In this document: in pieces, positions 37,740 through 47,466 of the stretch
Layout of the letters: every line of letters begins with the position of its first letter
Position numbering within the stretch: the stretch's first letter is position 1
Origin: a virus
Lineage: Duplodnaviria; Caudoviricetes
Reading direction: 5' to 3' (one strand)
Length of the DNA: 64,000 nucleotides
IMG/VR virus record: IMGVR_UViG_2920551333_000002
Span: 35,128 to 99,127 of that record
Notes under the pieces: generated by a model
The model's database searches: none
Seen by the model: the letters and a program-made list of their open reading frames with translations, nothing else
Told to the model about the DNA's origin: nothing
Program-made: the position numbers and the translations under genes

Positions 37740-37961
37740 ATGAAGATGGACGGCGTCGTGTTCTCCTTCGAGCACAACAAGACCCGATACCAGCTCGACT
37801 ACAGCTCACCCGTGGAGCCGGGACGACCGGGCACGTACGTCGTATACCAGGCCGTGGCCACGTTCCAGCACACCCCGTACGAGGAATTCGCCGATCGATA
37901 CGACTTCCAGGACGAGTTGGAGGCCATGGCACTGAAGGCGATCGACGCCCGTCAAGCCTGA
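37740..37961 (+). CDS. Small hypothetical protein
   Basis: RBS GAAAGG; GC3-rich. Confidence 0.6.
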   Translation: MKMDGVVFSFEHNKTRYQLDYSSPVEPGRPGTYVVYQAVATFQHTPYEEFADRYDFQDELEAMALKAIDARQA

Positions 37962-38188
37962 GCCTGCGCAGCGTCCACGCGGGCCGGCCTCTGGTTGCCG
38001 CCCCGCGGCCGCAGGTCCACATCCGACTCCTGCAGCAGCCGATGCACCAGCCCGTACGAGCGGCCCGTCGAGATCGACAACGCCCGGATCGACTCACCGC
38101 CGAGGTAGCGCCGCTTCAGGTCCGCCTTCAGCAGCTCCCGCTCCTCGCCCGCCACCCGCTGATACTTCCGAACCAACGCCACAACCAT
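37952..38188 (-). CDS. Small helix-turn-helix protein
   Basis: Y..G.SIRAL...TGRSYG.VHR.L.E..V.LR.RG actinobacterial HTH pattern. Confidence 0.85.
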   Translation of the reverse strand: MVVALVRKYQRVAGEERELLKADLKRRYLGGESIRALSISTGRSYGLVHRLLQESDVDLRPRGGNQRPARVDAAQAQA

Positions 38189-38203
38189 TCCCCGTTCCCC
38201 GTC

Positions 38204-38443
38204 TCACGCCGCCGTCGCCAGCCGAGCCCGCAACGCATCTCGGTCCTCCGGCGTCTCCGGGACCTCGTCCCCGCGCCAGATACAACCCTCGATCGTCGCC
38301 AGATCAGCGAAGTCGTACACAACCTCACGGCCGGCCCGACCCAGCACCCGCACGCCATACCGGCGCGCCCACTGCCGGATCGTCACCGCCTCCCGGCCCA
38401 GCCGGACAGCAGCCAACTTCGCCGTCAAGGGGACCACAAACAC
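38204..38443 (-). CDS. MerR/BldC-like HTH protein
   Basis: AA.RLGR...TIRQWARRY...YD..DL. Confidence 0.65.
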   Translation of the reverse strand: MFVVPLTAKLAAVRLGREAVTIRQWARRYGVRVLGRAGREVVYDFADLATIEGCIWRGDEVPETPEDRDALRARLATAA

Positions 38444-38538
38444 CCCCAGACAGCAGAAAAGCCCCGAACCAAGATCGGTCCGAGGGCACAAATGTCTCCG
38501 TCGCCCGGAAGTGTTACACACCCATCAGCCCGGCGCAA

Positions 38539-38562
38539 GCCAACAGCGGAACCGCTATCGGC
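38539..38562. promoter_or_regulatory. Dispersed 24-bp inverted-repeat motif copy
   Basis: GCCAACAGCGGAACCGCTATCGGC, intergenic. Confidence 0.6.
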
Positions 38563-38646
38563 GACAAGGCGAGGGCCCCCCGCTGCAACAGGGAGCCCTC
38601 TTCCATCCGGTCCTCTAAGGACATGGACAACACTAGCGGCCGGTCT

Positions 38647-39432
38647 TCAACCCGCACCGCCAACACGCACATGACCGCTACCGGACTCCGACTCCACCCG
38701 CGACTGAGCCTCCCGCTCCGAAACGTGCGTCCCACACGCGGCACACACGTAGAAGCCCGCCTTCACCTCCCAGTGGAACCGCCGCTCCCCACACGAGCAT
38801 CTGGCCGGCGTCCACGCAGGCGGCTCATCCCCCGCCATCCGCTCCAACAGCAGCCGCCACGACAGAGCGAACTCCACCAGGCCCACCAGCTCCCCCGCAG
38901 CCAGAACCGACTCCAGCCGGCCCGACTCCACCAACCAACCCACCGCCCGCGACCGAGCAACCGCCGACCTGGCGCCCATCATCCGCGACCCCGACCCCGA
39001 CCCCAACCACACCCGAGCCCGATCCTCGAAGTCGAGCAGCCCACCCGTCAGCTTCTCCAGCAGCTCCCCCACCGGCGACACCGCAGGCTTCGGCCTCGAC
39101 CCCGACACCCTCGACCACCTCGACGGCGGCCGGAACCCATCAACCTCCCGAGCGAGCTGCGCAGCGAACCCATCCACCTCCAACAACGCCGCCCGCACCG
39201 ACCCGGTACACCGACCGCACACCAACGGCTCCCCCGGCCGCCACCGAACCTCCGGAACCTCCGGCTCCGCAGGCGGCTCCCCCTCCTCGCCGCCCTTCAC
39301 CCACTCGTCCACCAGATCAGCATGCGCATCACGAGCCGCCACAAACGCCGCCCACGCCCGCCGCGACCGCCCGTTACACGGACCCACACAAGCACCCGCC
39401 ACCGCCGACACCCTAGAAGCAAGACCAGACAC
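38647..39432 (-). CDS. Cys-rich hypothetical phage protein (Zn ribbons)
   Basis: CVGPCN, VCGRC, CSCG...CAACG; G/T-ending codons. Confidence 0.7.
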   Translation of the reverse strand: MSGLASRVSAVAGACVGPCNGRSRRAWAAFVAARDAHADLVDEWVKGGEEGEPPAEPEVPEVRWRPGEPLVCGRCTGSVRAALLEVDGFAAQLAREVDGFRPPSRWSRVSGSRPKPAVSPVGELLEKLTGGLLDFEDRARVWLGSGSGSRMMGARSAVARSRAVGWLVESGRLESVLAAGELVGLVEFALSWRLLLERMAGDEPPAWTPARCSCGERRFHWEVKAGFYVCAACGTHVSEREAQSRVESESGSGHVRVGGAG

Positions 39433-39556
39433 GGCACCCCCGACCCAACACGAGACGAAACGCCACCAGGCTACAAGATCAAAAACTTTGCGCAGGCACC
39501 AAGCCACAAAGGGTCACGGCCGGCCCCCCGGCCGGACCCCCCTGGGGGCATGCCAA

Positions 39557-39584
39557 AGCGCCGGACCGACGTCGGTCCGGCGCT
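39557..39584. terminator. Perfect 28-bp palindrome, probable terminator
   Basis: AGCGCCGGACCGACGTCGGTCCGGCGCT, just 3' of 39602..40288 and followed by T residues on the minus strand. Confidence 0.55.
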
Positions 39585-39601
39585 GGTCGGCGCGGTGCGC
39601 G

Positions 39602-40288
39602 TTACACGCGAACCGTCGCGCGGCTCGCGAGCTTGGCCGCGCTCTCCACGTCGCGCGCTACCTCGTGCCATTCCTTGCGCATCGTGTGCGCGCGTAGGGC
39701 CTGCAACAGGTAGAGCGCTGCCGCGATGTACTGCCCGGCCTGCGTCGCGCTCTCCTTCTCGGCGCGCTGTTCCGCGCCGATGAACTCGGCGCTACTCCAG
39801 GTGACAAGTACGGTGCCGGTCTCGGTGCGTTCGGCACGTACATCGACCGTAACGCGCTGCTGCGCCAGGACAGCGCAGCACTGCTCTACCGCGCGCTTGA
39901 TGGCGTCGAACTGCTGACGCTGCCGAGTCTCCCGACTGCTCGGGTGCACGCTCGGGAGCGTGGCGAAGAACGGGCGTCCCCCGTGGGCGCGAAGGATGTA
40001 CCCGTTCCATGGCCTCTGATCGTCCAGACCAACCACGGTGTACACGCGGCCCTGGTACCCCTCGTTGCTGCCCGAGTAGGTGACCTCCGTGCCGGGCGGA
40101 AGGTAGGCGGCCAGGGCGTGAGCGGCTTCCCGACAGATCTTGCCCGCGCCGCGTTGCAGCGTGCTGCCCAACTCGCACGGCACGCCATCCTTGGCGCACG
40201 GGCGGCACCTGCTTGCGTGGTCGGCGAGTCCCCGACGCGCGCTAAGGGCGTAGTCTCGGGCAACTTCGGCTTGGTTTCTACGGATCAT
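39602..40288 (-). CDS. Hypothetical protein
   Basis: 228 aa; RBS AGGAGG; H...C..C...C motif. Confidence 0.7.
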   Translation of the reverse strand: MIRRNQAEVARDYALSARRGLADHASRCRPCAKDGVPCELGSTLQRGAGKICREAAHALAAYLPPGTEVTYSGSNEGYQGRVYTVVGLDDQRPWNGYILRAHGGRPFFATLPSVHPSSRETRQRQQFDAIKRAVEQCCAVLAQQRVTVDVRAERTETGTVLVTWSSAEFIGAEQRAEKESATQAGQYIAAALYLLQALRAHTMRKEWHEVARDVESAAKLASRATVRV

Positions 40289-40375
40289 GGCAAGGGCCTC
40301 CTACGACGTTGCGGTGTGGTTGAGGGGGTGGGGCGGGCGCGCCCGTGGTGGCGTCACGAGCGCGCCCGTAGGGGG

Positions 40376-41029
40376 TTAGGCGTCGGCCTTGGCCTCTGCG
40401 GCGGCGTCAGCCTCCGTCTTGGCGTCGGCCTCCTTGGCGAAGCCAGCGATGATCTCCGAGACCTGCGCCCACGTGAGATCGCGCTCCGACATGGCCTCGT
40501 CGTAAGCGGTCTCGTCGTGGGTGACCTTGAACTTCTCGGCGAACTTCCACACCAGCCGGACGGCGGCCACGTCAGCGGCGCGCTTCGCGGCGGCCTTACG
40601 ACGGGCCTCGATCTCCTTGCGGTACTCCGCCATTTCGGGCAGCTCCGCAAGGAAGTTCTGCACCTTGCTGGCGCTGGTGCCGGGGACCTTGCCCAGTTCC
40701 TTGAGAGTGGCCTCGCCGAAACCGACCTGCGCGGCGACGTGCATACCGATCAGGGCGTAGGTGGAGAACTTGACCGCCTGCTTGCCGGTTCCCAGCGTGG
40801 CGACGCACGCGGCGGGAAGGTCGGCGATCTCGTCGCCGGTCATGATCCGGTCCGCGACGCTGCTCTCGGAGTCGGCCTTAGCCATCTCGTCGAGGCGGCC
40901 CGATGCGGCCAGACCGATCACGTGAAAGCCGGTCGGGCGGGAGACGCCCATGCGGACGAACGTCTTGCCGTGGGAGATCGTCACGCGCTCGATGGCGTCG
41001 AAGATCTCGGCGGGGTTGGTGCTGATCAT
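40376..41029 (-). CDS. Hypothetical protein
   Basis: 217 aa; RBS GAAAGG; strong codon bias. Confidence 0.75.
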   Translation of the reverse strand: MISTNPAEIFDAIERVTISHGKTFVRMGVSRPTGFHVIGLAASGRLDEMAKADSESSVADRIMTGDEIADLPAACVATLGTGKQAVKFSTYALIGMHVAAQVGFGEATLKELGKVPGTSASKVQNFLAELPEMAEYRKEIEARRKAAAKRAADVAAVRLVWKFAEKFKVTHDETAYDEAMSERDLTWAQVSEIIAGFAKEADAKTEADAAAEAKADA

Positions 41030-41089
41030 GGTCTTGCCTTTCGTGGTGTTGGGTGCCCGCCCGCACGGTGCGGGCGGGCGGGTTATCGG

Positions 41090-42094
41090 TTACTGCTCGC
41101 TGACTGCGCTACCGCTTTTAGCAGCGCTACCAGCGGCGTTGCTGGCGGACCTGCGGCGTCGGCGTCGCCGGACGGCGATGCCGACACCGATCGCTGCGGC
41201 TACGGTCCCGGCGGCCGACCAAGCGGCCAACCAGCCGAGTCCGGCCGTGTCGTCCGAAGCGTTGGCCGCGCTGATCGGGCCGGGCTTGGGACTGTCGGCG
41301 GGCTTGCCCTGGTCGCCCTTGGGTCCGGGCTGTCCGGACTGGCCGGTCTTGCCGGACGGTCCGGGGCTGCCCTGGGGGCCGGGCTGTCCGGCTGGCCCGG
41401 TCGGTCCGGGCTCGCCGGTCCCTGCGGGGCCGGTCGGTCCGGGCTGCCCGTCCTTGCCGGGGTCGCCCTGGGGTCCGGGCTGCCCGTCCGTACCGGGCTG
41501 CCCATCCTTGCCGGGCTCGCCCTGGTCGCCCTTCTCCCCCTGGCTGCCCTGGTCGCCCTGGTCGCCCTTGCCGCCCTGGGGTCCGGCGTCGCCCTTGGGG
41601 CCGGTCGGTCCGGGGACGGCGGTTGCGGTGACCACGGGGCCGGGGCTGCCCTGGGGGCCGGGGTTGCCCTGGGGTCCCTGGTCGCCCTTGTCGCCCTGGC
41701 CGCCCTTGGGTCCGGGCGGGCCGGTCGGTCCGGGGTCACCCTTGGGTCCGGGGTCGCCCTTGTCGCCCTTCTCTCCCTGGTCGCCCTTGGGGCCGGGTGA
41801 GCCGGGCGTGCCCTGGTCACCCTTGGGCCCCTCAGGGCCAGGCGAGCCCGGAAGACCCTGGGGTCCCTGCGGCCCCTGGGGTCCCATCGGGCCGACTGGC
41901 CCGGCGGGTCCGGGGTCGCCCTTGGGTCCGGGCGGGCCGGTAACCGCAACGGTCACGGTTGCGGTTGGGGCAGGTTCGGCAGCGACCAGGCGCATGGTGC
42001 CCGTCGTGCCTCCTGCCAGCGTGTACGCGAGTAGGAGCGCGCTTGCCGCACCGGCGGCGGCCCACGCTGCTCTCTCGCTCGTATGTGTCTGCAT
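41090..42094 (-). CDS. Collagen-like (Gly-X-Y) membrane-anchored protein
   Basis: About 68 GXY triplets; N-terminal hydrophobic segment; C-terminal TM helix followed by poly-Arg. Confidence 0.85.
   Translation of the reverse strand: MQTHTSERAAWAAAGAASALLLAYTLAGGTTGTMRLVAAEPAPTATVTVAVTGPPGPKGDPGPAGPVGPMGPQGPQGPQGLPGSPGPEGPKGDQGTPGSPGPKGDQGEKGDKGDPGPKGDPGPTGPPGPKGGQGDKGDQGPQGNPGPQGSPGPVVTATAVPGPTGPKGDAGPQGGKGDQGDQGSQGEKGDQGEPGKDGQPGTDGQPGPQGDPGKDGQPGPTGPAGTGEPGPTGPAGQPGPQGSPGPSGKTGQSGQPGPKGDQGKPADSPKPGPISAANASDDTAGLGWLAAWSAAGTVAAAIGVGIAVRRRRRRRSASNAAGSAAKSGSAVSEQ
41099..41122. promoter_or_regulatory. Dispersed 24-bp inverted-repeat motif copy
   Basis: GCTGACTGCGCTACCGCTTTTAGC at the 3' end of the collagen gene. 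Confidence 0.65.
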
Positions 42095-42664
42095 GTGACA
42101 AACAGTAGACCGACCAGGACATGTAGGAACCCCAGGTGCGATAACGATCTCTCGGCGGTTTTATAACGCTTAGGTCACAAAAAGGGCCGGCCAGGGGGCA
42201 AATCGAACGCCTGTTCGAGTGTTCGATAGTCCGGCTGATCTTCTGCTTTGGCACCAAATCGGACATATCGCCGACCGGCGTCGAGACTCCCGGCCTCGCT
42301 TCGCCGCTTGCAATGATGATCTTGCTGTAAAGCTCTCAGATCGACGTAGAGTGCTTGGACTCTCGGAGGGTACTCCCAAGTACCGACCGACCGGTGATCG
42401 TCCGTCTCCGTTGATCTCAGAGCGTCCCATGCGGTGCGTCGTGTCTCCTGTGACGCGTCCGACGCGTCAATGACGTCACCCGAGCATGCGGAAACCCATC
42501 AGCGACGAGGAGGTGGCTTTGCCTCGTTCTGATGGGTTTCCGGCTCGTTTTCGCTGCTCTTTGGCCTGTTTTCGCGTGGTTCCGGCGGCCCCTCTCCCGG
42601 TCGCCTGCCGCGTTTGTGCTGGTCAGAGGCTTGCGGACGCTTGGGCTATCTGCCAACGAGGTGG

Positions 42665-43633
42665 TCAGGTGTCGGGGATGGCCTTCGCGTCGGCTGCGCA
42701 CCCGATGCAGGGCAGCGGCTGGTAGTGGATGGGGCACCGGCCGGCTGGGCGGGTGGTGCGTGCCGCCTTGACCTGCTCGCGTGCGTCGTGTTCGCGTGCG
42801 GTCTCTCGCCAGGTGCGGAGGTCTGGCGCGGGGATGCCTGCGACGTAGGTGTGCAGGGCGCCGCGAACGCGGTTCTCGCGGGCGATGGTCTGGGCGATGT
42901 GTTCGGCTTCGTCGAGGGGTACCCCGATCCGCTTGGTGATGATGCGGGCGGCTCGGCTCGGCGGGGGTTGGGTCTTCTCCTCCTTGTTGATCTTGTCGTC
43001 GTCTTCTGGATGGTGGTCGGCGGCGGGTCGGTGCGGTTCCTCCTCGACCCCGTGCGGAGAAGAAGAGGATTGAAGTTGAGGAGTGGAGAGAGGATTGGGG
43101 GGAAGTCCAGACTTCCCCCTTTTGGCCCCAAACTTCCCCCTTTCGGTCTCAGACTTCCCCCTTTCGGTCGCGGAAACGGGGAAGTCCAGACTTCCCCGTT
43201 TCCGGTCGCCGTCGCAGTCGTCCACAGCGTTATCCACAGGAGAAAGGGGGAAGTCCAGGCTTCCCCCTTTCTGGCCGTCCGGGTCCGAAACGGGGAAGCC
43301 TGAGGGTCCCGCTTCAAGCTCCAGATCGAGCGGCTGCGGCGGCTGCCCAGGCAGGTACCCCGGCATCGGAGGGATGTAGAACACCGTCGCCTTCCGGCGG
43401 CCGCCCCCGGTTTCGAGCACGACGAGCAGCCCAGCCTCGACCAGCCGCTCCCGCATCGCCTTCACCGACCGCACGTCGATCCTCGCCCAGTGGGCGATCT
43501 CCTCGCGGGTCAGCCAGCCGGTGCGTGTCGCGTCGTTGATCCGCCGGGCGATGGCGATCAACGCGAGCAGGTCCCTCGGGGGTGTGCTCTTCGGCGCGTT
43601 GATCGCCACCTCGTCGGCCAGTCTGTAGCCCAT
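42665..43633 (-). CDS. Phage replication initiator (N-terminal winged HTH)
   Basis: LLALIAIA...GW...EEIA......V......L.EAGLL......GG.RKATVF; internal iterons; C-terminal CPIH...CIGC. Confidence 0.8.
   Translation of the reverse strand: MGYRLADEVAINAPKSTPPRDLLALIAIARRINDATRTGWLTREEIAHWARIDVRSVKAMRERLVEAGLLVVLETGGGRRKATVFYIPPMPGYLPGQPPQPLDLELEAGPSGFPVSDPDGQKGGSLDFPLSPVDNAVDDCDGDRKRGSLDFPVSATERGKSETERGKFGAKRGKSGLPPNPLSTPQLQSSSSPHGVEEEPHRPAADHHPEDDDKINKEEKTQPPPSRAARIITKRIGVPLDEAEHIAQTIARENRVRGALHTYVAGIPAPDLRTWRETAREHDAREQVKAARTTRPAGRCPIHYQPLPCIGCAADAKAIPDT
43098..43298. repeat. Replication origin: palindromic iterons plus DnaA boxes
   Basis: GGGGAAGTCCAG(A/G)CTTCCCC at 43099, 43178 and 43247; ACTTCCCCCTTT half-sites; TTATCCACA at 43230 and TCGTCCACA at 43218. 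Confidence 0.8.
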
Positions 43634-43692
43634 CAGGCCCCTTCACGTGCTGCGTTCTTGCAAGGGAGCCACCGAGGGAAGAGGCGTCCAGC

Positions 43693-43716
43693 CACGATAG
43701 CGGTACCGCTTTTAGC
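43693..43716. promoter_or_regulatory. Dispersed 24-bp inverted-repeat motif copy
   Basis: CACGATAGCGGTACCGCTTTTAGC, intergenic upstream of the initiator gene. Confidence 0.7.
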
Positions 43717-43718
43717 GT

Positions 43719-44255
43719 TCATCTCGCTCGTGGTGGCCTGCCAGTCCGGTCGTACTCCGCGCGGCGGCGAGGGTCGGACAGCACGTGGTACGCCTCCCCG
43801 ATCTCCTGGAACCGTCTGGCCACCTTCGGGTCGGGGTTCACGTCCGGGTGGAGCTGGCGGGCCAGCCGGCGGTACGCCCTCGTGATGTCGTCCTGCGTAG
43901 CGGCCCGGGTGACTCCGAGCAGGACGTACAGCAGCCCGGCCGGCGGCGGCGCAGGCCTGTGCGGCTGCCTGGGTGGAGGTTGGGACGACTCCGGGACGCG
44001 CGGCTTCCCGGGGCAGGTGACCGCGTGAGGCATCATCCGCTTCTCCGGCGGGACGAGCGGCCGTTCCTCGGTGATGCGGCGGGAGCGGAGGACTCCGTGG
44101 ACGTCTCTCCAGACGGCGGTGTTGCCGTCCTCGTGCGGGGCCAGGTCCACCGCGAAGTCCACGCCCGCCACGGTGCGGGTCCAGCGGACCGCCCGGCCGC
44201 ACGGCAGCTTGTCCTTGCTGCCCCGGCACGGCTTGACGTCAGCGCGGGAGAGCAC
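43719..44255 (-). CDS. J-domain (DnaJ-like) protein
   Basis: LYVLLGV...[19 protein letters not shown]...FQEI.EAY.VLSDP.RR.EYD with an intact HPD. Confidence 0.9.
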   Translation of the reverse strand: MLSRADVKPCRGSKDKLPCGRAVRWTRTVAGVDFAVDLAPHEDGNTAVWRDVHGVLRSRRITEERPLVPPEKRMMPHAVTCPGKPRVPESSQPPPRQPHRPAPPPAGLLYVLLGVTRAATQDDITRAYRRLARQLHPDVNPDPKVARRFQEIGEAYHVLSDPRRRAEYDRTGRPPRAR

Positions 44256-44484
44256 GCCGCTCCCCTGTTTCGGGATCGACTTCGGCGACCATCATGAGGT
44301 GGCACGCGTGGCCGAGCTCGTAGCACGGCGAGCACCTCATGAACCCGTTCGCGAGGGTGTCGAGGTGTTCGGCGCAGGCCGCCTCGTCCTGGAGGTGTTC
44401 GTGAACGCACACGGTGGTGCGGACCGCTACGGCCTCGGCCGGGCACTCCATGATGAACATGATGCGGGTGTCGCAGGTCCTCAT
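44239..44484 (-). CDS. Small Cys/His-rich hypothetical protein
   Basis: CVHEH...C..H...C..C; ATGA coupling. Confidence 0.6.
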   Translation of the reverse strand: MRTCDTRIMFIMECPAEAVAVRTTVCVHEHLQDEAACAEHLDTLANGFMRCSPCYELGHACHLMMVAEVDPETGERRALPR

Positions 44485-45620
44485 TGGGCGCCGCCGTACC
44501 GGGCGAACACGGCGTTGATCGCGTCGAGCTCTGTCTTCGCCCGGTCACGGTCGGCCTTCATCTCGTCCAGCTCGCCGAGGAGGCCGGCGTGGGCGGCGCG
44601 GGCCTCGTCGCGCTCGGCGCGGGCTTCGTCGCGTTCGCGGATGGCCTGGTCTCGCTCGGCTTCGGTCCGCTGGATGGCCTGCTCGAACCCGATCAGGGCG
44701 CGGAGCGCGGGCCCTGCGGTGGCCGGTGGCATGGCCGGGGCCGGTGCGGGTGCCGGGGTCTTCTTGGCGGGTGTCTTCCCGGCGGCCGCGGCCGCGACGG
44801 CGCGGGGATCGGGCGTTGGCATCTTGGTGATCGTCAAGCCTCCGTCGTTCCATTCCAGGGCGATCCACCAGACGGGCGGGTTGGCGCGGGGGCGGTGGCA
44901 GCGGGTGTGCTCGGTCCGGTTCAGGTACTGGCGGACTTCCTGCTGGTAGGAGGTGTCCCAGTCGGGGCAGGCGCCCTTGATGATCTGGGAGAGCGCGCCC
45001 TGCCACTGCACGCCGACGACTCCCCCGTTGGTCAGCGGCTTGTCCCCTTGATCGCGGGCGGCGTCGCGGAGCAGCCCCCACAGGGCTTCGGCGTCGGCGA
45101 AGATGTCGCGGGGCTTGCTGCGGGTGATTGTCGCGGTGTCGCCGATCTTCGGCACGGTGGTGTCTCCTTCGGTGGCGGCGGTGTTGGTGTTCTTGGTGAG
45201 GTAGGCGATCACCTCGGCCTCGCGGGCGTGCAGCATGTCCGCGTACGACTTGGACTCGACGGGGCCAGGGGTGTGGAGGAGGCCGCCCGACACGTACGGC
45301 TTGATGCCGTTCGCGAGGGCTGCGCCGACGAGTTCGTCAACGCTCCACCAGGTGTCACGGGGCATGGTGTCGGCTTTCTCGGGGGAGGGGTCGGTGGCGG
45401 CGACCATGGGTGAGGGTTTCGTGGGGTGGTCGTTCAGCAGGGATCGGATCTTGGTCTTGTAGTTGTCGAGGCCGCGGCCCATGGCCTGCAGCGGGATCTC
45501 GCCCGTACGGCCGTTGGCGGGGTTGGTGATCAGGAACTTGCCGTTGGCGAGCTGCATCGTGAAGCCGAGGCGTTCTGTCTCGGCTTCGACGAGCTTCTTG
45601 ACGTCGGACTTGTTGGTCAT
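44481..45620 (-). CDS. Hypothetical protein with a C-terminal coiled coil
   Basis: ATG at 45620 overlaps the upstream stop; RBS AAGGAG. Confidence 0.7.
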   Translation of the reverse strand: MTNKSDVKKLVEAETERLGFTMQLANGKFLITNPANGRTGEIPLQAMGRGLDNYKTKIRSLLNDHPTKPSPMVAATDPSPEKADTMPRDTWWSVDELVGAALANGIKPYVSGGLLHTPGPVESKSYADMLHAREAEVIAYLTKNTNTAATEGDTTVPKIGDTATITRSKPRDIFADAEALWGLLRDAARDQGDKPLTNGGVVGVQWQGALSQIIKGACPDWDTSYQQEVRQYLNRTEHTRCHRPRANPPVWWIALEWNDGGLTITKMPTPDPRAVAAAAAGKTPAKKTPAPAPAPAMPPATAGPALRALIGFEQAIQRTEAERDQAIRERDEARAERDEARAAHAGLLGELDEMKADRDRAKTELDAINAVFARYGGAQ

Positions 45621-46159
45621 CTGGCGGGCTCCTTCCTGATGCGCAGGCCCATGTGGTCGGCGTAGGCGGCGGTGCCTGCTGCGCCTCGACTGGCGGGGTG
45701 CAGGTGGGCCAGGACCTCGAAGGCGCCCCCGCGGCCGGCGGCGAGGCCGAGCATGTAGCCGTTGCGGTACGGTCCGGCCGATTTGGACAGCTCCCGGATG
45801 TGCCACGGCGCGGGATGCGTTTCGACGGTCACGCCGGGCGTGTTCATGGCCCACTCGTACGTCCACCGGTCGCCGCCGGGCGGGTCGTCGGTATCCGGGT
45901 TGTAGCCGACGATCACGTGGAGGCGTCCACCGGCTCGCGCCAGCGTGGTCTCGAGGTCGGCGCGGACCCGGTGACGGGCGGCGCCCCGCCACCCCGTGTA
46001 GACCAGGGTGAGGGGGCGCGGCCGGGCGAGGCTTTCGAGCTTGTCCCGGAAGACTTTCCGAATGTAGTCGGCGGCTTCTGGGGTGATTCGTTCGTCGTCG
46101 AGGACGTGGGCGAGCAGCAGGCGTAGGTGCGCCCGATCTGATGGGGTTAGGTCGAGCAT
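45617..46159 (-). CDS. SLOG/YspA-like (DUF2493-like) protein
   Basis: VYTGWR, G.D...WA, HPA.W...KSAGPYRN..M, SRG. Confidence 0.7.
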   Translation of the reverse strand: MLDLTPSDRAHLRLLLAHVLDDERITPEAADYIRKVFRDKLESLARPRPLTLVYTGWRGAARHRVRADLETTLARAGGRLHVIVGYNPDTDDPPGGDRWTYEWAMNTPGVTVETHPAPWHIRELSKSAGPYRNGYMLGLAAGRGGAFEVLAHLHPASRGAAGTAAYADHMGLRIRKEPAR

Positions 46160-46539
46160 CAGCCGCCAACTCCGCCCTTGCTGCTGCTGCCGAACCCTCC
46201 GCGTATGACCGTGCCGGTGCGGCTGGTGACGTTCGTGTTCGCTGGCAGGGTGCGGGTGCCCCCGCGCACGTAACCGGGCCGGTTGGTGGTCGACGAGCCG
46301 TACAGCCAGTGGTAGTAGGCGGCGTGGGAGCCGCCGTTGCAGAACCGGTCGTCCACCACCTGGTACGTGCCGTCCACCTGCTGCGTGGCGATCACGCAGT
46401 CAGCGACGACCTCCGGCACCTCCTCCTCGTCACTACCGGACGCGGCGATGGCAACGGCGATGGACAGCACCGCGACCACGCCGATCCCGACGACGCATCC
46501 TTCGTTGTCGCTGCGGCGCCGGTAGGTACGGCTAGGCAT
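46159..46539 (-). CDS. Membrane-anchored Gly/Ser-rich protein
   Basis: TM segment, C...VDDRFC, terminal RGGFGSS. Confidence 0.65.
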   Translation of the reverse strand: MPSRTYRRRSDNEGCVVGIGVVAVLSIAVAIAASGSDEEEVPEVVADCVIATQQVDGTYQVVDDRFCNGGSHAAYYHWLYGSSTTNRPGYVRGGTRTLPANTNVTSRTGTVIRGGFGSSSKGGVGG

Positions 46540-46957
46540 TGGCGGCCGCCTGGTGGGTGCAGGTGGCGACGGTGACGTTCTTGACGATGGATAGCGTGAC
46601 GGGCTTGGCGGGTCCGGTCTCCTCCCACATGGGGTGCCCATCCTCGTCGCGGACGACTTCGCCGTCTCCGTCGCGCTTCAGGTCCATGTTGCTGCGGATG
46701 GTGTCGCGGCTGGAGCGTCCGGTCGGCTGCACCTTCACGCGGGTCTCGCGCTTCAGGTCCTGGTGGGCGGGGTTGTCCGGGTCGAGTCGGGCCCACCGGA
46801 AGTTGCCGTACTCGTACACGGCCTCATAGATGTCGAGGACTTCGCCCTCCTGCATGTCGCAGAGCCCGCCGTTTCCGCGCGGGTACAGGATGAGCGCGCC
46901 GACCGTGTACGGGTTGCCCCGCCAGTCGGTGAGCGTCATCGGCTGCTGCTCGGTCAT
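46532..46957 (-). CDS. Hypothetical protein
   Basis: LTDWRGN...G..ILYP...EG.VLDI; RBS AAGGGAG. Confidence 0.65.
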   Translation of the reverse strand: MTEQQPMTLTDWRGNPYTVGALILYPRGNGGLCDMQEGEVLDIYEAVYEYGNFRWARLDPDNPAHQDLKRETRVKVQPTGRSSRDTIRSNMDLKRDGDGEVVRDEDGHPMWEETGPAKPVTLSIVKNVTVATCTHQAAANA

Positions 46958-47466
46958 CGGTTGTCTCCCTTGTGAGTGCAGGTGTCGACGGTCTCGCCGT
47001 GCAGGGCGAGGTGGTCGGGGCAGGGCCAGGTGGGGCAGACGTCGTTGGCGCAGACGGTGACGGGCCGGGTCGCGCACATCGAGCACATGGTGATGAGCGC
47101 GTGGACCCACTGCTTTTGGTGGGCGGGGCAGTTGACCCATGTCTCGGTCGTGGTGGGCTGGTGGCGGGCGTCGACGCGGTCGAACGCGGCGCGCAGGTCG
47201 ATGCCGCCTTCCTGGCGTGCGGTGTCGGTAGAGGACATGTCGGTCCTTTCGGCGACAGGCCAGTTCACGGCCTCATCGGTGATCACGAGAGAGGCGCGCT
47301 GCCCCTGCAGGGTCCGGCGCGCCTTCATGCGTTCCTTGATCTGGTCTTGGGTGGGCGGGATGTAGAGGTGCCAGCCGGCCGCTCGTGACCACCGCTGGAA
47401 GTGGTCGCGCTGGGCGAGGCCGCACCAACGGCACCCGGCCGGCGGCGCGACCACCCGCTCATCCAT
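46954..47466 (-). CDS. Cys-rich hypothetical protein (internal start at 47238 also has an RBS)
   Basis: GCRWCG; C...WPC; GAAAGG before the internal ATG. Confidence 0.55.
   Translation of the reverse strand: MDERVVAPPAGCRWCGLAQRDHFQRWSRAAGWHLYIPPTQDQIKERMKARRTLQGQRASLVITDEAVNWPVAERTDMSSTDTARQEGGIDLRAAFDRVDARHQPTTTETWVNCPAHQKQWVHALITMCSMCATRPVTVCANDVCPTWPCPDHLALHGETVDTCTHKGDNR

Noticed and set aside
41200-41940. Tandem DNA repeat or tail fibre
   Set aside because: The repetition is explained by Gly-X-Y coding, and the membrane-anchor topology and location argue against a virion fibre.
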